A stretch of DNA of 64,000 nucleotides from Marsupella aquatica. Lineage: Eukaryota > Plantae > Marchantiophyta. Below, piece after piece: positions 61,561 through 64,000 of the stretch (position 1 is the stretch's first letter; every line of letters starts with the position of its first letter). The notes beneath the pieces are model-generated. The model was not told the DNA's origin. It was given only the letters and a program-made list of their open reading frames with translations, and ran no database searches. The position numbers and the translations under genes were made by a program. Where the stretch lies: positions 6,295,708 to 6,359,707 of the forward strand of contig OZ316891.1 of the NCBI GenBank assembly GCA_973895155.1, read 5' to 3'.

Positions 61561-64000
61561 TCTTTCGCGTAATTCAGGGCCATCAACTGGGCACCACCTC
61601 AAGCGAGTTTGTAGGGAAGACTTGAAGGGCTCTTTTCTCATTTGTTGGCTCGAGCAGAATACGCCGTGAATTGCAGTTATACACAGACGTTAACCTAAAC
61701 GTTTTCATACGCAGAATTGTTCAATGGCAAAAGGGGAAGTTCCTTAACCGACTTTGCTGGACTGACGCCAATGCATCCAACTCCTGTCACCAACTGCAGT
61801 AGGGTTCCGAGTGACGAGGTGCTTAAACTCCCTGTTAGACAATCCAGGTCGTGCAATTGGACATAGGGCAGTTTCGTGGTGATGTGCTTTCCCAAGTGAT
61901 TTCTGCTAACCCACATGCGTTCATTGTTCCCAGAAAGACAGCTTATGTCCTCATGCTCTACTAATTCAGTCAACGCAATAATGACTCATAGAAATCTAGA
62001 CTTGCTTCTGATACAGATCCAGCTCTTGGTACTTTGATGAGGGAGATTTCCATGGCACATGACCCCTGAAATTCTCATGCATAGGATCCTCCTCCTGTAC
62101 AGAAAGACTTGAGTATGTGTTTGGCTTGTTAAGATTTCAGCTGATTCAATCTGATGGATCAAGATATGAATTTCCAACAAAGAGAGTCAATGTGGCCACC
62201 TCGAATGTGAAGAAGATTGAGGAAACCAACACCCTTCGATGCAATAGGAAGGAAGACGAAGTCACTGAGGGGCCAGAAAGGTTCGACACCCAGACATGAG
62301 CAGGACTTTTAATTGCAATGAAATTATAGTTAATGCGAACAGAGTATTTCCTGCAACAAAATTGCAACGCTCAATGTAGGCGTGCTTCATTAATTGCCTC
62401 CTTGGCCTACTACAACTTTACTCTTGAAGAGTTCTAGGCAAAAGAATGTAATTTCTTGTTTCTTTGAAAAATCCCTACAAAACTGCCGAAACTTTCCTCT
62501 GCAAAATAGACGCTCCCATCAAACTGGACACTGGATAGAAGCTCAGATAATATCCTGTAACGTATTATGATCGCATACACTCTGAATTCTTAGCTGCGCC
62601 TGAGCTGAGCTTTTTCTGAATCCATGGCTATCACTATACCTCAAGGGAAAGAATAGGCAGATCTGAAAAATGATCACATGTGTAGACTTTAAAAAGGTCG
62701 GAAATACATGAAATTGAGTGAGCTGAATGGGAACATACTAAACCCTAGGCAACTCCACAAGTATTTCATTAAGTTGAGATAACTTGGAGTGAATGGGCAA
62801 CCAAGGTGGTTGTGTTTTCAAAATAAAAGCTACCCGTGAAGCTGCGACCTGAGAAAGCATAGGAGAATTGCACACCATAATTAGGATCTGACAGGAAGCT
62901 AGACAAAAAGGCCTTGAACAGTCATATCCAACACCACATAGCTACATTCCCTAGGTTCTGTCATTGATTGACAGACCTTAATTCTTAAATCAATGGTTGT
63001 CATGGACCCAAACAGAAAAAGAACCCAACTACAGACAGAAACTGACAACCAGTAAGGTGGAATGATGACCCTCTAAAAGAATGAGCAACAACTTGTAATC
63101 CTGGATTTTTTTAATGTTCATGAAAATCTTTAGGGGCCAAAAAGTAAAAGAATTAGCAACACTGGCAGAAGGAGCGTCCTTCACTATCCGCCACTGAAAC
63201 AAAAATCCTGCAAAGCTCTTGCATTCCAGTAAAATCTGGCTGCTACAGCATGAACCAAAGCTAATAGACCAGGCACCAGAATAAAGGCAACTGAAAACGA
63301 AAGTTTTTTTTCAAGATACAAACCTTTCAAAAATTCTGGATACCAAAGTATGTCATCGGACCACATTGTGTCTGCATGATAAACATGGAGTTATTACTAT
63401 CACAGCACGGGAGTGCAAATTTAAAGAGAGTAAGTCAAATTACATGAGACATTCCGATGAGCACGAGCAAACACCGACACTACATCACTTTGCCCACACA
63501 TTCTTGCAAATATAGCAGAGCTGTTGCTAATCCACGACGTTTCTGATGAGAGTTAACGAGCTGAGTATGACACTGGTCTCAACAACTTCACGGCGAATTC
63601 CTCACAAAAGATAGTTCATAAATGCGTATTTCGAGACAGCGTATTTCTCTTTACGCATTGAAATTCTTAGGAAACCAAGTTCAGAAATCTACAGTTTAAT
63701 ACGCTCGGAGTTAACATAAAAAAACTATTTGCATACGAAACCGAGTTTAGACACACAAAGGCTGTCTGTAATAAATTGTGGTGTCAGGAGGCGGCCTGCA
63801 TATTTCTGAGGCCAAGATCACATACCGTAGGGTATTTCAGATTCTCTGAACCACCGTGGGTCCATTTCCTCTGTCTCGCATGGGTCCCCAACAATTTCAG
63901 ACACGTGATAGACATGTACCTTAGAGCACAAGAAATATATCACCTCAGAATGTGCAATAATACTTAAAGCAGTTCTATACAAACCCAAATCACTTGAAGT

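Overview
Eukaryotic, intron-containing land-plant DNA, most likely from a bryophyte such as a liverwort (inferred from gene content, intron style and TTTAGGG repeats; not proven). Four protein-coding genes can be rebuilt exon by exon with GT-AG junctions. (1) The 3' part of an ABCG11/WBC-type half ABC transporter (+, 62-7356; its first exon lies upstream of the window). (2) A second, complete ABCG half-transporter (+, 25564-33518, about 760 aa) with the same intron positions but degenerate Walker A, Q-loop and signature motifs. (3) A 10-exon plastid-targeted ribose-5-phosphate isomerase A (-, 38017-34621). (4) A 189-aa single-pass membrane protein with a VLMPG..PT motif (+, 55872-56871). The intergenic space holds a 5'-truncated CRE-clade (restriction-like endonuclease) non-LTR retrotransposon, an intronic TIR element, a hAT-like terminal repeat family, a decayed MDR/enoyl-reductase pseudogene, possible LRR relics and many tandem or dispersed repeats. 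The best candidate for something new is the apparently intact but catalytically crippled ABCG paralogue next to a canonical ABCG11-like gene. No tRNA, rRNA or CRISPR array was seen.
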